A DNA stretch of 49,776 bases from positions 1 through 49,776 of the forward strand of contig CAXNDZ010000001.1 of NCBI GenBank assembly GCA_964201225.1, in the 5' to 3' direction. A program made the position numbers and the translations under genes. The DNA is from Chitinophagales bacterium (GTDB lineage: Bacteria > Bacteroidota > Bacteroidia > Chitinophagales > Chitinophagaceae). Below, piece after piece: positions 1 through 9,721 of this stretch (the stretch's first letter is position 1; each line of letters opens with the position of its first letter). The notes below the pieces were generated by a model. That model had not been told where the DNA came from. It saw nothing but the letters and a program-made list of their open reading frames with translations, and did not search any database.

Positions 1-1640
1 GTTTTATCATATACCTTTCTACTACTGCTGCCAATGCTTTGACTTAAGTAAGCATTCATTTCTAATAAGGATCTTTTACCTAATGGCTCAGTATAAATCA
101 CATTTGCCGAATAAGTAGTTGTATTTCCTTTACGTAAATTTCGTTGGTCTAAAATTGAATCTCTAACCTTGAGCCCTCCACTAAAAAATTCTTGTGTTGT
201 ATATTGAAGGCCACTTGAATTAGACGTATTAAATCCATTAGTAATCGTGGATGAAATAGTACGTCCTTTTTTTGCAAACTTTTTCTTTAACAACAAGGTA
301 TTATTAAAATTAGTTGCATCCGTTGCATTTGATGACGTTGTTGCATTACTATTAGTTTTTGTTCCGTTTGGCAAAAAAGTTTCAGAACTTGACTCGCTTT
401 CTGATGAACCATTAGAAATACCAATACTAGGCGTTAACTTATAGGAAAATGATTCAGAAACTTTATGGTCAATAGTACTTCCAAGACTTTGTTGTTTACT
501 TTTGGAATTGCTTATTGAATTATCAGATCGGTTAAATAAATTCCCTGGCGTTAAATTTTGTGTATAGGAATTACTTTTATTAAAACGATCAATATCACTC
601 AAGGATAGGTTCGCATTAAAATCAGTTCTTTTATCATTAAATACATTGGAGTAATTACCGCCACCTGAAATGGTTGTTGCAACGCCTTCGCCACCACCGC
701 CACCACCACCACCGCCTCCGCCAAAGGAGATGGAAACGCCACCACCACCACCGCCAGGACGGCCACCACCGCCACCGCCAGAGAAGCTTGAAAAGTCACG
801 GGCTGAAAAATCCTGGCGATTAATATTATTACCAGAACCAATAATAGAGAACTGCTCATCATTATTGATTCTATTTAAATTGCCTCTTAAATCAAAACGT
901 TCTGGGACACCGCCACCGCCTGTTAATTTTCCAAAATTAGATTGGTTTCTGTCCTTTTTAACCTTTAAGTTAATTGCAGTTTCCTCACTACCATCATCAA
1001 TACCTGTAAACATGGATTGATCGGATTTGCGATCATATACCTGAATTTTGTCAATTGCATCCGCAGGTAAATTACGCGTAGCCATTTTAGGATCACCTGT
1101 AAAAAACTCTTTTCCATTCACAAATACCTTAGTGACTGTTTTACCATTCACTGTAATGGCACCTGATTTATCCACCTCAATACCTGGCATCTTTTTTAAT
1201 AAATCCTCTACCACAGCATTTGGAGCTGTTTTAAAATTTTCAGCATTAAACTCAATAGAGTCTCCATTGATCACCACTGGAGGCCTACGTGCAGTAACGG
1301 TCACTGTTGACAAACTGCTTGCATCCAGCATATATATGTTCGCTAAATCTATTTTGGCATTTTTGCCAGTTTTAAAGGCAATCCATTGTTGTATAAAACC
1401 AACATAGGAAATGGATATTAAATAGCTTCCGACTGGAACTGATTTAACTGAAAAAAATCCTTGCTCATTACTTCTTGCGAAGCTCACTAATGAAGAATCC
1501 TTTGCTTTTACAATTGAAATGGTTGCAGAAGCCAAGTTTCGCTTGCTTACACTATCCACTACGGTTCCCTCAATGGTAAACGTTTGCGCCATACCCAACA
1601 AACTCATCCCTAAAAACAACGTTAACAAAAATCCTTTCAT
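1..1640 (-). CDS. Outer-membrane beta-barrel / TonB-dependent-receptor-like protein with N-terminal carboxypeptidase-regulatory-like domain (3' end runs off window)
   Basis: Not in the ORF track because it is truncated. Manual translation from ATG at 1640: MKGFLLTLFLGMSLLGMAQTFTIEGTVVDS...GDSIEFNAENFKTAPNAVVEDLLKKMPGIEVDKSGAITVNGKTVTKVFVNGKEFF...NLPADAIDKIQVYD, typical of this Bacteroidota OMP family. Gly-rich insert at about 690-780. Confidence 0.85.
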   Translation of the reverse strand, partial: MKGFLLTLFLGMSLLGMAQTFTIEGTVVDSVSKRNLASATISIVKAKDSSLVSFARSNEQGFFSVKSVPVGSYLISISYVGFIQQWIAFKTGKNAKIDLANIYMLDASSLSTVTVTARRPPVVINGDSIEFNAENFKTAPNAVVEDLLKKMPGIEVDKSGAITVNGKTVTKVFVNGKEFFTGDPKMATRNLPADAIDKIQVYDRKSDQSMFTGIDDGSEETAINLKVKKDRNQSNFGKLTGGGGVPERFDLRGNLNRINNDEQFSIIGSGNNINRQDFSARDFSSFSGGGGGGRPGGGGGGVSISFGGGGGGGGGGGEGVATTISGGGNYSNVFNDKRTDFNANLSLSDIDRFNKSNSYTQNLTPGNLFNRSDNSISNSKSKQQSLGSTIDHKVSESFSYKLTPSIGISNGSSESESSSETFLPNGTKTNSNATTSSNATDATNFNNTLLLKKKFAKKGRTISSTITNGFNTSNSSGLQYTTQEFFSGGLKVRDSILDQRNLRKGNTTTYSANVIYTEPLGKRSLLEMNAYLSQSIGSSSRKVYDK

Positions 1641-2048
1641 CTTGATTATTTTATTCATTTTGTAAAATTACGACACAATTCGTAAATATGGGTTTTGAGG
1701 GCTTTTAAGGGCCCATTTTTTATATAAAACAGCTCATTTTTGGATAAGCGGTAATTTCAAATTACAATTCGGCTTTTACACCCTATTTTACTACCATTCA
1801 AAGCTACATTGTCAAGATCGCAACTGCCTTTTGATGCTTATTTTGGGGGATAGTTTAACCAAAATATAGGGTTTGGGATGAACGGCGGGTACCGCTATTT
1901 TGGATCCTAGCAATAACAAGTGAAACACTTCACTAAAAAACTTAAATGGCGCCATCCATAATTAACCAAAACGCACACCCTGAATTATATAAACGATGAT
2001 TTAACTGTACTTATTTTATTGTAAATTTAATTTCTAAAAATAGGCAAT

Positions 2049-2975
2049 ATGCAAAATTCAAGACGAAAATTTATTCAAAACGCTTCCTTGGTATTAGCAG
2101 GGGCAAGTTTAAAGCCAAGTGTGTTATGGTCAAAAAATGACACCATTGCGAAAACTAAAAACTTAATTGGTATACAATTATATTCTGTTCGTGCGGATAT
2201 GGGAAAAAATCCACTAGTTACTTTAACCGAATTGGCAAAAATGGGCTATGAGCATGTGGAGCACGCCAATTATATTGATAGAAAATTTTATGGTTGGACG
2301 GCTACTGAATTTAAAAAAGTATTGGACTCCTTAGGATTGCATATGCCAAGTGGCCACACCGTTATGGATTTAAATCATTTTGATAAAGCAAAAAATGATT
2401 TTACGGATGCTTGGAAATATACCATTGATGATGCTGCTACACTTGGTCAAACTTATGTGATTAGTCCTTCCATTGATTCAAAAGTTAGAAAATCATTTGA
2501 CGCATTTATGTTTCAAGTAGAATTATTTAATAAGTGTGGCGAGTTGTGTAAAAAACAAGGAATGAAATTTGGCTACCATAATCATGATTTTGAATTTAAA
2601 GAAAAAGTAAATGGTGAATTAATTTATGATTTAATTTTAAAACATACGGATCCTTCATTAGTAGTGCAACAACTTGACTTTGGTAATATGTACGGCGCTG
2701 GTGCAAGAGGAGACGATTGGATAAATAAGTACCCGGGCCGTTTCCCATCCTTACATGTAAAAGATGAAATCAAAGTTGCGAAAGGCGAGATGGGTGATGG
2801 TTATGAGAGCACTATCCTCGGTGATGGCGTTGTGAATCCTAAGGCAATCGCATTGCTTGCTAAAAAAATTGGTGGTGCACATCATTATATTGTGGAGCAA
2901 GAATCCTATCAAGATAAGACACCACTTGAAGCTGCTAAAATAGATTTAGCACGTATAAAATCTTGGGGTATTTAA
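2049..2975 (+). CDS. Sugar phosphate isomerase/epimerase (xylose-isomerase-like TIM barrel), Tat-exported
   Basis: SRRKFI twin-arginine signal; GIQLYSVR, GYHNHDFEF, LHVKD and VEQE metal-binding motifs. Confidence 0.88.
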   Translation: MQNSRRKFIQNASLVLAGASLKPSVLWSKNDTIAKTKNLIGIQLYSVRADMGKNPLVTLTELAKMGYEHVEHANYIDRKFYGWTATEFKKVLDSLGLHMPSGHTVMDLNHFDKAKNDFTDAWKYTIDDAATLGQTYVISPSIDSKVRKSFDAFMFQVELFNKCGELCKKQGMKFGYHNHDFEFKEKVNGELIYDLILKHTDPSLVVQQLDFGNMYGAGARGDDWINKYPGRFPSLHVKDEIKVAKGEMGDGYESTILGDGVVNPKAIALLAKKIGGAHHYIVEQESYQDKTPLEAAKIDLARIKSWGI

Positions 2976-3050
2976 TGCGCTATTATTTTAATTAATTTAC
3001 TATTTAGTAAAAAGGGGCCAATTTTATTAAAAATTAGGAGACTATAAAAT

Positions 3051-5288
3051 ATGAAAAAGCTTTATCTAATTTTAATATTGGTCATGGTGGGTAATGCTAT
3101 TCAACCAAGCATTTCTAATGCCCAGAAATTTACCGCACTTGAAAAAGTGAGATGGGAAAAACAGGCAAACCAAGTAACTATTATTAGAGATGAATGGGGC
3201 ATCCCACACATTTACGGTAAAACAGATGCCGATGCCGTTTTTGGTTTGATGTATGCGCAATGCGAGGAAAATTTTGAGCAAATTGAACTGAATTATTTAG
3301 AAATGTTAGGGAGAACCGCTGAAATAAAAGGAGCTAATGCAATTTATGATGACTTAATGATGCGACTAATTCAAGACAGCAGCGATGCTATTAAAGATTT
3401 TAATAACGCTCCTGCCTGGTTTAAAGCATTACTTGTTGCACATGCGGACGGATTAAATTATTATTTATACAAACACCCTGAGGTCAAACCAAAAGTAATT
3501 AATTACTTCAAACCCTGGTATCATTTAATGTGGACAGATGGAAGTGTTTCCCCGACTCGAACGGGTGGCATTAAAGTAAAGGATGTAAAACAGTTTTATG
3601 GTGTTAATAAAAGTGTAGTTAGTATTTCAGAAGATATTACAACATCGCAACTCGATGAAAACGACCTCTCCCCTTATGATATGGAGGAAAAAACTTTAAA
3701 GGGATCCAATGGATTCGCTATCGCTCCCAAACATAGCAAAAATGGAACCGCCTTATTGTATATTAATCCACATGTTCCTTTTTATTTCAGATCAGAAATG
3801 CACATGTCAAGTGAACAAGGATTAAACGTATACGGTGCTGTTACTTGGGGACAAATGTTTATTTATCAGGGCTTCAATGAGCATTGTGGATGGATGCACA
3901 CTACTGGTTATGCTGATGTAGCAGACGTTTTTGAAGAAAAAGTATCAAAAAAAAATGAGGCATGGTTTTATGAATTGGATAAAAAAACGATCCCGTTACA
4001 AAAAAAACAAATCCCAGTTAGTTATCTTGAAAATGGGGAAAGGCGAACCAAAAATTTTACAACTTATGCATCTGGGCATGGACCCATAATGGGAAGTCGA
4101 CAAGATAAATGGTTAAGCTTAAAGGAAAATAATCGTTCCTTAAATGCTTTGATTGAATGTTGGACTAGAACAAAAGCAAGCAATTTGAAAGAATATCAAA
4201 CTGCATTATCCTTATTATCCAACAACAGCAACAATACCGTATATGCGGATGCAGATGGAAATATTGCTTATTGGCATGGGAATTTTATCCCAAAAAGAAG
4301 TCTGCAATATAATTATAGTTTAACCGTAGACGGTAGTATTAAAAATACCGACTGGCTGGGCGTACATTCATTAAACGAAATTGTTCAAGGCATAAATCCT
4401 ACAAATGGGTGGTTGCAAAATTGCAACGCAACTCCTTTTACTATGGCAGGGAAAGCTAGTCCAAAAGCAAGTAACTACCCTTCATATATGGCGCCAGATG
4501 GTGAAAACGGTCGTGGTATAACTGCGGTAAAATTATTAGAGCAAATAGAAAAAATTGATATAGATGAATTAATCCAGCTTGGATACAACAAACATTTATC
4601 AGCCTTTGATATTTTGCTACCATCCTTTTTAGCGGAGATGAAAAAAGATACACTTACCCCTTCGCTTTCCAAAGCGATTAACTATTTAAACAACTGGGAT
4701 CATAAAGCAGATGTGAATTCCATTGCTACCACCATCGCTATTGAGTGGGCAACTAAATGGAGTTTGGAAATACCCGCTGCAACTACCGAAGAAGAAGGCA
4801 CTCAAATCATAAAAAAATATGAGCGTATGGTGAAAGAGGTAAGTACACAAAAAAAGAAGGAATTATTAAAAACCACTTTGGAACAACTTGAAAAAATGTA
4901 TGGAACATGGGAAATGCCTTGGGGCGAAATTAATCGCTACCAACGGACCAACCCTGGAAAAATGATGGATGATCAGGCCCCAAGCTGGGGAGTGTCTCAA
5001 GCTTCTTCCAAATGGGGATCGCTCCCATCCTTTGATAGTAAGCGATATGATGGCACAATAAAAAGGTATGGCTATAATGGGAATAGCTTTGTTGCTGCTG
5101 TTTCTTTTGGAAAAATCGTTGTTGCAAAGACAATCATCACGGGTGGTCAAAGTAGATTTTCAAATTCGAATCATTTTACAGACCAAGCCCAAGGATTTAT
5201 TGATGGTCAATTTAAAACCATTCATTTTTATAAAGCGGATGTTTTAGCACATAAGGTAACATCATATAAACCAGGATTCATTAAATAG
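3051..5288 (+). CDS. Penicillin acylase family Ntn-hydrolase (S45; PvdQ/AHL-acylase-like)
   Basis: Signal peptide; IIRDEWGIPHIYG, GSNGFAIAP (beta-chain Ser1), INPH and NCNATP motifs. Confidence 0.9.
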   Translation: MKKLYLILILVMVGNAIQPSISNAQKFTALEKVRWEKQANQVTIIRDEWGIPHIYGKTDADAVFGLMYAQCEENFEQIELNYLEMLGRTAEIKGANAIYDDLMMRLIQDSSDAIKDFNNAPAWFKALLVAHADGLNYYLYKHPEVKPKVINYFKPWYHLMWTDGSVSPTRTGGIKVKDVKQFYGVNKSVVSISEDITTSQLDENDLSPYDMEEKTLKGSNGFAIAPKHSKNGTALLYINPHVPFYFRSEMHMSSEQGLNVYGAVTWGQMFIYQGFNEHCGWMHTTGYADVADVFEEKVSKKNEAWFYELDKKTIPLQKKQIPVSYLENGERRTKNFTTYASGHGPIMGSRQDKWLSLKENNRSLNALIECWTRTKASNLKEYQTALSLLSNNSNNTVYADADGNIAYWHGNFIPKRSLQYNYSLTVDGSIKNTDWLGVHSLNEIVQGINPTNGWLQNCNATPFTMAGKASPKASNYPSYMAPDGENGRGITAVKLLEQIEKIDIDELIQLGYNKHLSAFDILLPSFLAEMKKDTLTPSLSKAINYLNNWDHKADVNSIATTIAIEWATKWSLEIPAATTEEEGTQIIKKYERMVKEVSTQKKKELLKTTLEQLEKMYGTWEMPWGEINRYQRTNPGKMMDDQAPSWGVSQASSKWGSLPSFDSKRYDGTIKRYGYNGNSFVAAVSFGKIVVAKTIITGGQSRFSNSNHFTDQAQGFIDGQFKTIHFYKADVLAHKVTSYKPGFIK

Positions 5289-5947
5289 TGGTCATACAAT
5301 TTTGTTAAAAAAGCTATTTTAACAAGGCCTGCTAAATTTTTAACATCAAACTGCTGCATCAATTTTGTTCGGTGTCCTTCAATAGTTCGTTTGCTATGAC
5401 CCACTTCGTTAGCAATTTCCTTACTAGATGCTTCTTGACAAATTCTGACTAATATGTATTTATCATAAATGGTTAATTGTTGCATGAGTTCAATCTGCTT
5501 AATTTTTTCCATCTGATTCATTAATGCAAAAACTTTGTCTGCAATGGTTTTGCAAAAATATACCTTGTCCTGTTGTGCCATCAATAATGCTTTGACCCAT
5601 TCTTTTTCAGAAATATGCCTGGACACAATCACCGAAAAACCATTATCGATTAAGTTATACAAATGCACTTCGTCCTCCTCATTAAATAACACCATAATAG
5701 GGATTCTTTTTTTGATAAGATGAATTGTTTGATAAGTTAATGGGTTACTAAAGTTTAACATGCCACTATCTAGCACAAGTACCTTTGGAAAATCATAACT
5801 GGGATGATCCTCAGACATGATTTCATGTAACATAGGCAGGTTGCGTATAATCTTATACCCATTAAATTGGGGATGCTCATTAATGAGTGCGCCGCATCCC
5901 AATGCATACAGGGTTTGTTGGTCACAAATGATAACTTGACTTTGCAT
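5228..5947 (-). CDS. NarL/LuxR-family response regulator with degenerate receiver domain
   Basis: C-terminal HTH SSKEIANEVGHSKRTIEGHRTKLMQQFDVKNLAGLV; receiver-like N-terminus VIICDQQ...VLVLDSG. Confidence 0.82.
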   Translation of the reverse strand: MQSQVIICDQQTLYALGCGALINEHPQFNGYKIIRNLPMLHEIMSEDHPSYDFPKVLVLDSGMLNFSNPLTYQTIHLIKKRIPIMVLFNEEDEVHLYNLIDNGFSVIVSRHISEKEWVKALLMAQQDKVYFCKTIADKVFALMNQMEKIKQIELMQQLTIYDKYILVRICQEASSKEIANEVGHSKRTIEGHRTKLMQQFDVKNLAGLVKIAFLTKLYDHYLMNPGLYDVTLCAKTSAL

Positions 5948-6206
5948 AAAATGATTTAACTGTTGACAATAGCATAAAGCAACAGAAACAGGCTAATTCA
6001 TTGATAAACAAACTTATGTTTCCGTATCAAAGGCAATAAAATTGATTATAATTACCCCTATTCAAGTGTTTTCTATACCCCTGTCATAGCTTCTAAAAAA
6101 CATAGGATTTATAAGCGCTTAAATTAATACCCTTATTAATTTGTCAGTATTATATATTTTATAACTTCATTGATAATTACTAACCACATTACTATTATAA
6201 CCATCC

Positions 6207-7319
6207 TTGCGTAACCTATTTTATCCTTTTGTTCCAGTGGGACATTTGAAAGTTTGGGTACTTGCTCCGGCATTAGATAACCCAGATCCTAATTTATCAT
6301 ACTACTATGACTTTAGTCAAAGTATTGCCGAATACACCCGTGTATTTGCCGAACTTGATTTACCCTGGAAATGGCAACCTGTTACTTTAGATACTTATAA
6401 AAACATTGTACAAGAAATTGCCAACGAGCGTCAAAAGGGTGTGTTTTTCCCAGTGGTATTAAATTTATGTGATGGTGATGAAATTAATGGTGCCCCAGGA
6501 TTATCCGTTATAAAAGCATTAGAAGAAAAACAACTAGTGTACACGGGGGCGGACGATTATTTTTATGACATTACTACTTCTAAAATTCCAATGAAAATTG
6601 CATTTGATCAAGCAGGCGTGCCGACACCAAAGTGGGAAGCAATAAAAATAAATGAACCCGTAAAGCCGATTGATTTAATAAATAATTTAGGTAGCCCCTT
6701 AATCGTAAAACCTGCAGTGTCAGGTGGTAGCTTGGGATTGGGGATTAAAAATGTAGTTGACAATCCTACTGATTTGCAATTACAATTGGATAAAATGTTT
6801 GAAGGATATCGGGGTTGGAATTTATCAACCGATGGAATAGTTGCAGAATCATTTATACAAGGGCCTGAATATACTGTAATGATTGTGGGTTCACATCATC
6901 AGCCCGAATATGCAAAAATATATCCACCCGTAGAAAGAGTATTTCATGCATCACTTCCTGAGAAAGAAAAAATATTATCCTTTGATCGTTTGTGGGAAAT
7001 TTATGAAGAGGAAACACCCATGCCCGAAGATGAAAATTTTTATCAATACCAATCCAGCCCTGATGAAATAAAGTTAGCCATTCAACAAGTCTCATGGGAT
7101 GCCTATGCGGCAGTGAATGGAAAGGGTTATACAAGAGTAGATGTTCGCGTGGATGCAAACACAGGACAGCCCTATGTTTTAGAAGTAAATGCACAATGTG
7201 GAATTAGTGAGGACGAAAATTATACTTCCATTGGCGCAATTTTAAGATTCGCAAATCAAAGCTTTACTGAATTAATAATACATATTATTAATGATGCATT
7301 TGCCAGACGAAAAAAATAA
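6207..7319 (+). CDS. ATP-grasp ligase (D-Ala-D-Ala-ligase-like fold, non-canonical)
   Basis: NLCDG, YTGA, PLIVKPAVSGGSLG, ESFIQGPEYTV, GYTRVDVR and LEVN motifs; TTG start. Confidence 0.85.
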   Translation: MRNLFYPFVPVGHLKVWVLAPALDNPDPNLSYYYDFSQSIAEYTRVFAELDLPWKWQPVTLDTYKNIVQEIANERQKGVFFPVVLNLCDGDEINGAPGLSVIKALEEKQLVYTGADDYFYDITTSKIPMKIAFDQAGVPTPKWEAIKINEPVKPIDLINNLGSPLIVKPAVSGGSLGLGIKNVVDNPTDLQLQLDKMFEGYRGWNLSTDGIVAESFIQGPEYTVMIVGSHHQPEYAKIYPPVERVFHASLPEKEKILSFDRLWEIYEEETPMPEDENFYQYQSSPDEIKLAIQQVSWDAYAAVNGKGYTRVDVRVDANTGQPYVLEVNAQCGISEDENYTSIGAILRFANQSFTELIIHIINDAFARRKK

Positions 7320-7323
7320 ATTT

Positions 7324-8769
7324 ATGCGCCCCCTCCCCATTTTAAATAACCCAGATAGTTTCAAAAATTTAAAAATTTGTGTATTGCAACCCGACTATAG
7401 TACCTCGGGCGTGGATTATCAAAACTATGATCCCAAACGAGATTTATCGGCCATATTACCTGAAGCAAAAATAGATCACGTTTTTTTAAATAAACTCACT
7501 ACCTACCAGCAACTCAAACAACTCAAGGAAAATAATTACGATATATATATTAATTTATGTGAAGGCTACTTGGAATGGAAAGTACCATCGATTGATGTGA
7601 TTATGAGTTTGGATTTATTGGAACTTCCATACACTGGACCTTCGGTCAATTTATACGACCCGTCTAAAACCATCATGAAGTATTTGGCTTTTTGCGAGGA
7701 TGTAAAAACGCCAGCACATATTTTAATTGAGTCCGAAGCCGACCTTTCATTGCTTCCTGGCAATTTAAATTTCCCGCTTTTTGTAAAACCAGCGAAAGCC
7801 GGTGATAGCTTAGGTGTGGACAACGCTTCTAAAGCAAATAATATAGCAGATTTAACAATAAAGGTTAAAAATATATTAAATGAATTCGGCTCCGCTTTGG
7901 TAGAAGAATATATTGATGGCCGTGAATTTACCGTACTCGTTTGCGGGAATCCTGATGGAAAAACTTGTACGAGCTTCACACCAGTTGAATATATTTTCCC
8001 AGCCGGTTTTGCATTTAAAACTTATGCATTAAAAACTTCTGAATTACACCCTAATGCAAATATTCCGGTGAAGGATCCTGCATTAGCAAAAAAATTACAA
8101 AGTATCGGCGAGCAAGTTTTTATGTCCTTTAATGGTGTGGGCTATGCGCGTATGGATTTTAGAATGGACGCAAAAGGCGAGATTTATTTTTTAGAAATTA
8201 ATTTTACTTGTTCTGTTTTTTATGCAGAAGGGCTTGAAGGTTCCGCTGACTATATATTAATGCATGATGGTGCTGGCCAAAGAGGATTTTTAGAACGCAT
8301 TATTATTGATGGCTTAGCGCGTTTTCAAAAAAAGGAGAAACTATTTGTTATCAAAGGAAATGCGATTTCAGGGTATGGCATGTACGCGAAGTACGATCTT
8401 CCAAAAAATACAATGTTATTTAAAGGGGAGGAAAAAGCGCAACGCATTGTTACCAAAAAATATGTTGATGAAAATTGGGATGAACGCGAAAAATTAAATT
8501 TTAGACGTTATGCTTACCCCATTGGAAAGGAAGTGTATATTTTATGGGACCTACAACCAGAAGCATGGTCGCCACAAAATCATCATTGTGAAGCCAACTG
8601 CTCCTATGTTGGATTAAATGTCATCACAAATAAGGAGGTTAAAAAAGGAGAAGAGCTTACTTTAGATTATGCGCAATTCTTAGACCATACCATGGAACCC
8701 TTTCATTGTAAATGTGGCGCAAGTACTTGCAGAGGCTTAATTAAAGGGAATGTACAATTTTCAAAGTAA
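7324..8769 (+). CDS. ATP-grasp ligase fused to C-terminal SET/post-SET methyltransferase domain
   Basis: ATP-grasp: INLCEG, PLFVKP, EEYIDGREFTV, GYARMDFR, LEIN. SET: GYGMYA, NHHCEAN, GEELTLDY, post-SET CKCGASTCRG. Alternative start at 7291. Confidence 0.87.
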   Translation: MRPLPILNNPDSFKNLKICVLQPDYSTSGVDYQNYDPKRDLSAILPEAKIDHVFLNKLTTYQQLKQLKENNYDIYINLCEGYLEWKVPSIDVIMSLDLLELPYTGPSVNLYDPSKTIMKYLAFCEDVKTPAHILIESEADLSLLPGNLNFPLFVKPAKAGDSLGVDNASKANNIADLTIKVKNILNEFGSALVEEYIDGREFTVLVCGNPDGKTCTSFTPVEYIFPAGFAFKTYALKTSELHPNANIPVKDPALAKKLQSIGEQVFMSFNGVGYARMDFRMDAKGEIYFLEINFTCSVFYAEGLEGSADYILMHDGAGQRGFLERIIIDGLARFQKKEKLFVIKGNAISGYGMYAKYDLPKNTMLFKGEEKAQRIVTKKYVDENWDEREKLNFRRYAYPIGKEVYILWDLQPEAWSPQNHHCEANCSYVGLNVITNKEVKKGEELTLDYAQFLDHTMEPFHCKCGASTCRGLIKGNVQFSK

Positions 8770-8817
8770 TAGTTAAACCTTTTCCTTAAATTGAGGTATC
8801 AAATAATCAGATACGAT

Positions 8818-9588
8818 ATGAAAAAAGTAAGTTTTGGCCTATTCGCCTTTTATATTTTTTGTTTTAATGCAAATGCGCAAACTCCACTCAAAAAAAATAA
8901 TGGCGGTATTACACCTGAAAAATTAGAATCTTGGGTGCCTGTACCTATTATTACTGCAGGTACTAATAACTCAGATGCGCCATCGGATGCAATCGTTTTA
9001 TTTAATGGCAAAGATTTATCCGCTTTTCAAAGAAAAGATGGTAGTCCAGCCAAATGGCGATTAGATCCAGAAGGAACGGTTACTGATATTAAAGGAGCCG
9101 GTGATTTAATTACCAAAAAGGCATTTGGCAACTGTCAATTACATGTAGAATTTAGAACACCTGCAGAAGTAAAAAACAGTGGTCAAGCAAGAGGTAATAG
9201 TGGCGTGTACTTTATGGGTAAGTATGAGGTGCAAGTTTTGGACTCCTATGATAATGTTACCTACTCCAATGGGCAAGCTGCTGCAGTTTATAAGCAATAT
9301 GCGCCATTAGTGAATGCAAGTCGTAAACCAGGTGAGTGGCAAACCTATGATATCATTTTTACAGCACCCATCTTTAAAGAAAATGGTGATATGGAATCAC
9401 CAGGTCGTTTAACTGTTATACATAATGGCGTGCTCGTTCAAAACAATGTTGCTATTTTGGGGCCTACAGATTATGCAACGGTTCCAGTGTATAAAAAGCA
9501 TGATTCTAAACTTCCTTTATTATTCCAGGATCATGGTGATAATGGTAACCCGATTAGTTATCGAAATATTTGGATTAGAGAATTATAA
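8818..9588 (+). CDS. DUF1080 domain protein (3-keto-disaccharide hydrolase family)
   Basis: Signal peptide; APSDAIVLFNG, LHVEF, GNSGVY, YEVQVLDS, GEWQTYDI, LQDHG-like motif and YRNIWIREL. Confidence 0.88.
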   Translation: MKKVSFGLFAFYIFCFNANAQTPLKKNNGGITPEKLESWVPVPIITAGTNNSDAPSDAIVLFNGKDLSAFQRKDGSPAKWRLDPEGTVTDIKGAGDLITKKAFGNCQLHVEFRTPAEVKNSGQARGNSGVYFMGKYEVQVLDSYDNVTYSNGQAAAVYKQYAPLVNASRKPGEWQTYDIIFTAPIFKENGDMESPGRLTVIHNGVLVQNNVAILGPTDYATVPVYKKHDSKLPLLFQDHGDNGNPISYRNIWIREL

Positions 9589-9625
9589 AAATGTATCAGC
9601 AGGCTTTTATTTTCGCCTATTCGCC

Positions 9626-9661
9626 AAGCCCTGAATTTAGTCAATGAATTCAGGGCTTTTT
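9626..9661 (+). terminator. Intrinsic terminator downstream of DUF1080 gene
   Basis: AAGCCCTGAATT / AATTCAGGGCTT 12-bp inverted repeat followed by T-run. Confidence 0.8.
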
Positions 9662-9721
9662 GTATAAGAGACTTCACTAGGGCGCAAAAATTATAGCGTT
9701 TATAAAAAATAATGTAACTTA

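Noticed and set aside
247-1407. Plus-strand ORFs including the poly-proline 670..1020
   Set aside because: Antisense shadows of the minus-strand OMP gene; poly-Pro is the reverse complement of its poly-Gly tract.
6207-8769. Calling these genes ddl or a van-type resistance ligase
   Set aside because: They lack the ExNTxPG motif and any dcw or van context.
8774-8803. Third ECF-like promoter TAAACC...ATCAAA before the DUF1080 gene
   Set aside because: The spacer is 18 nt rather than 16, so support is weak.
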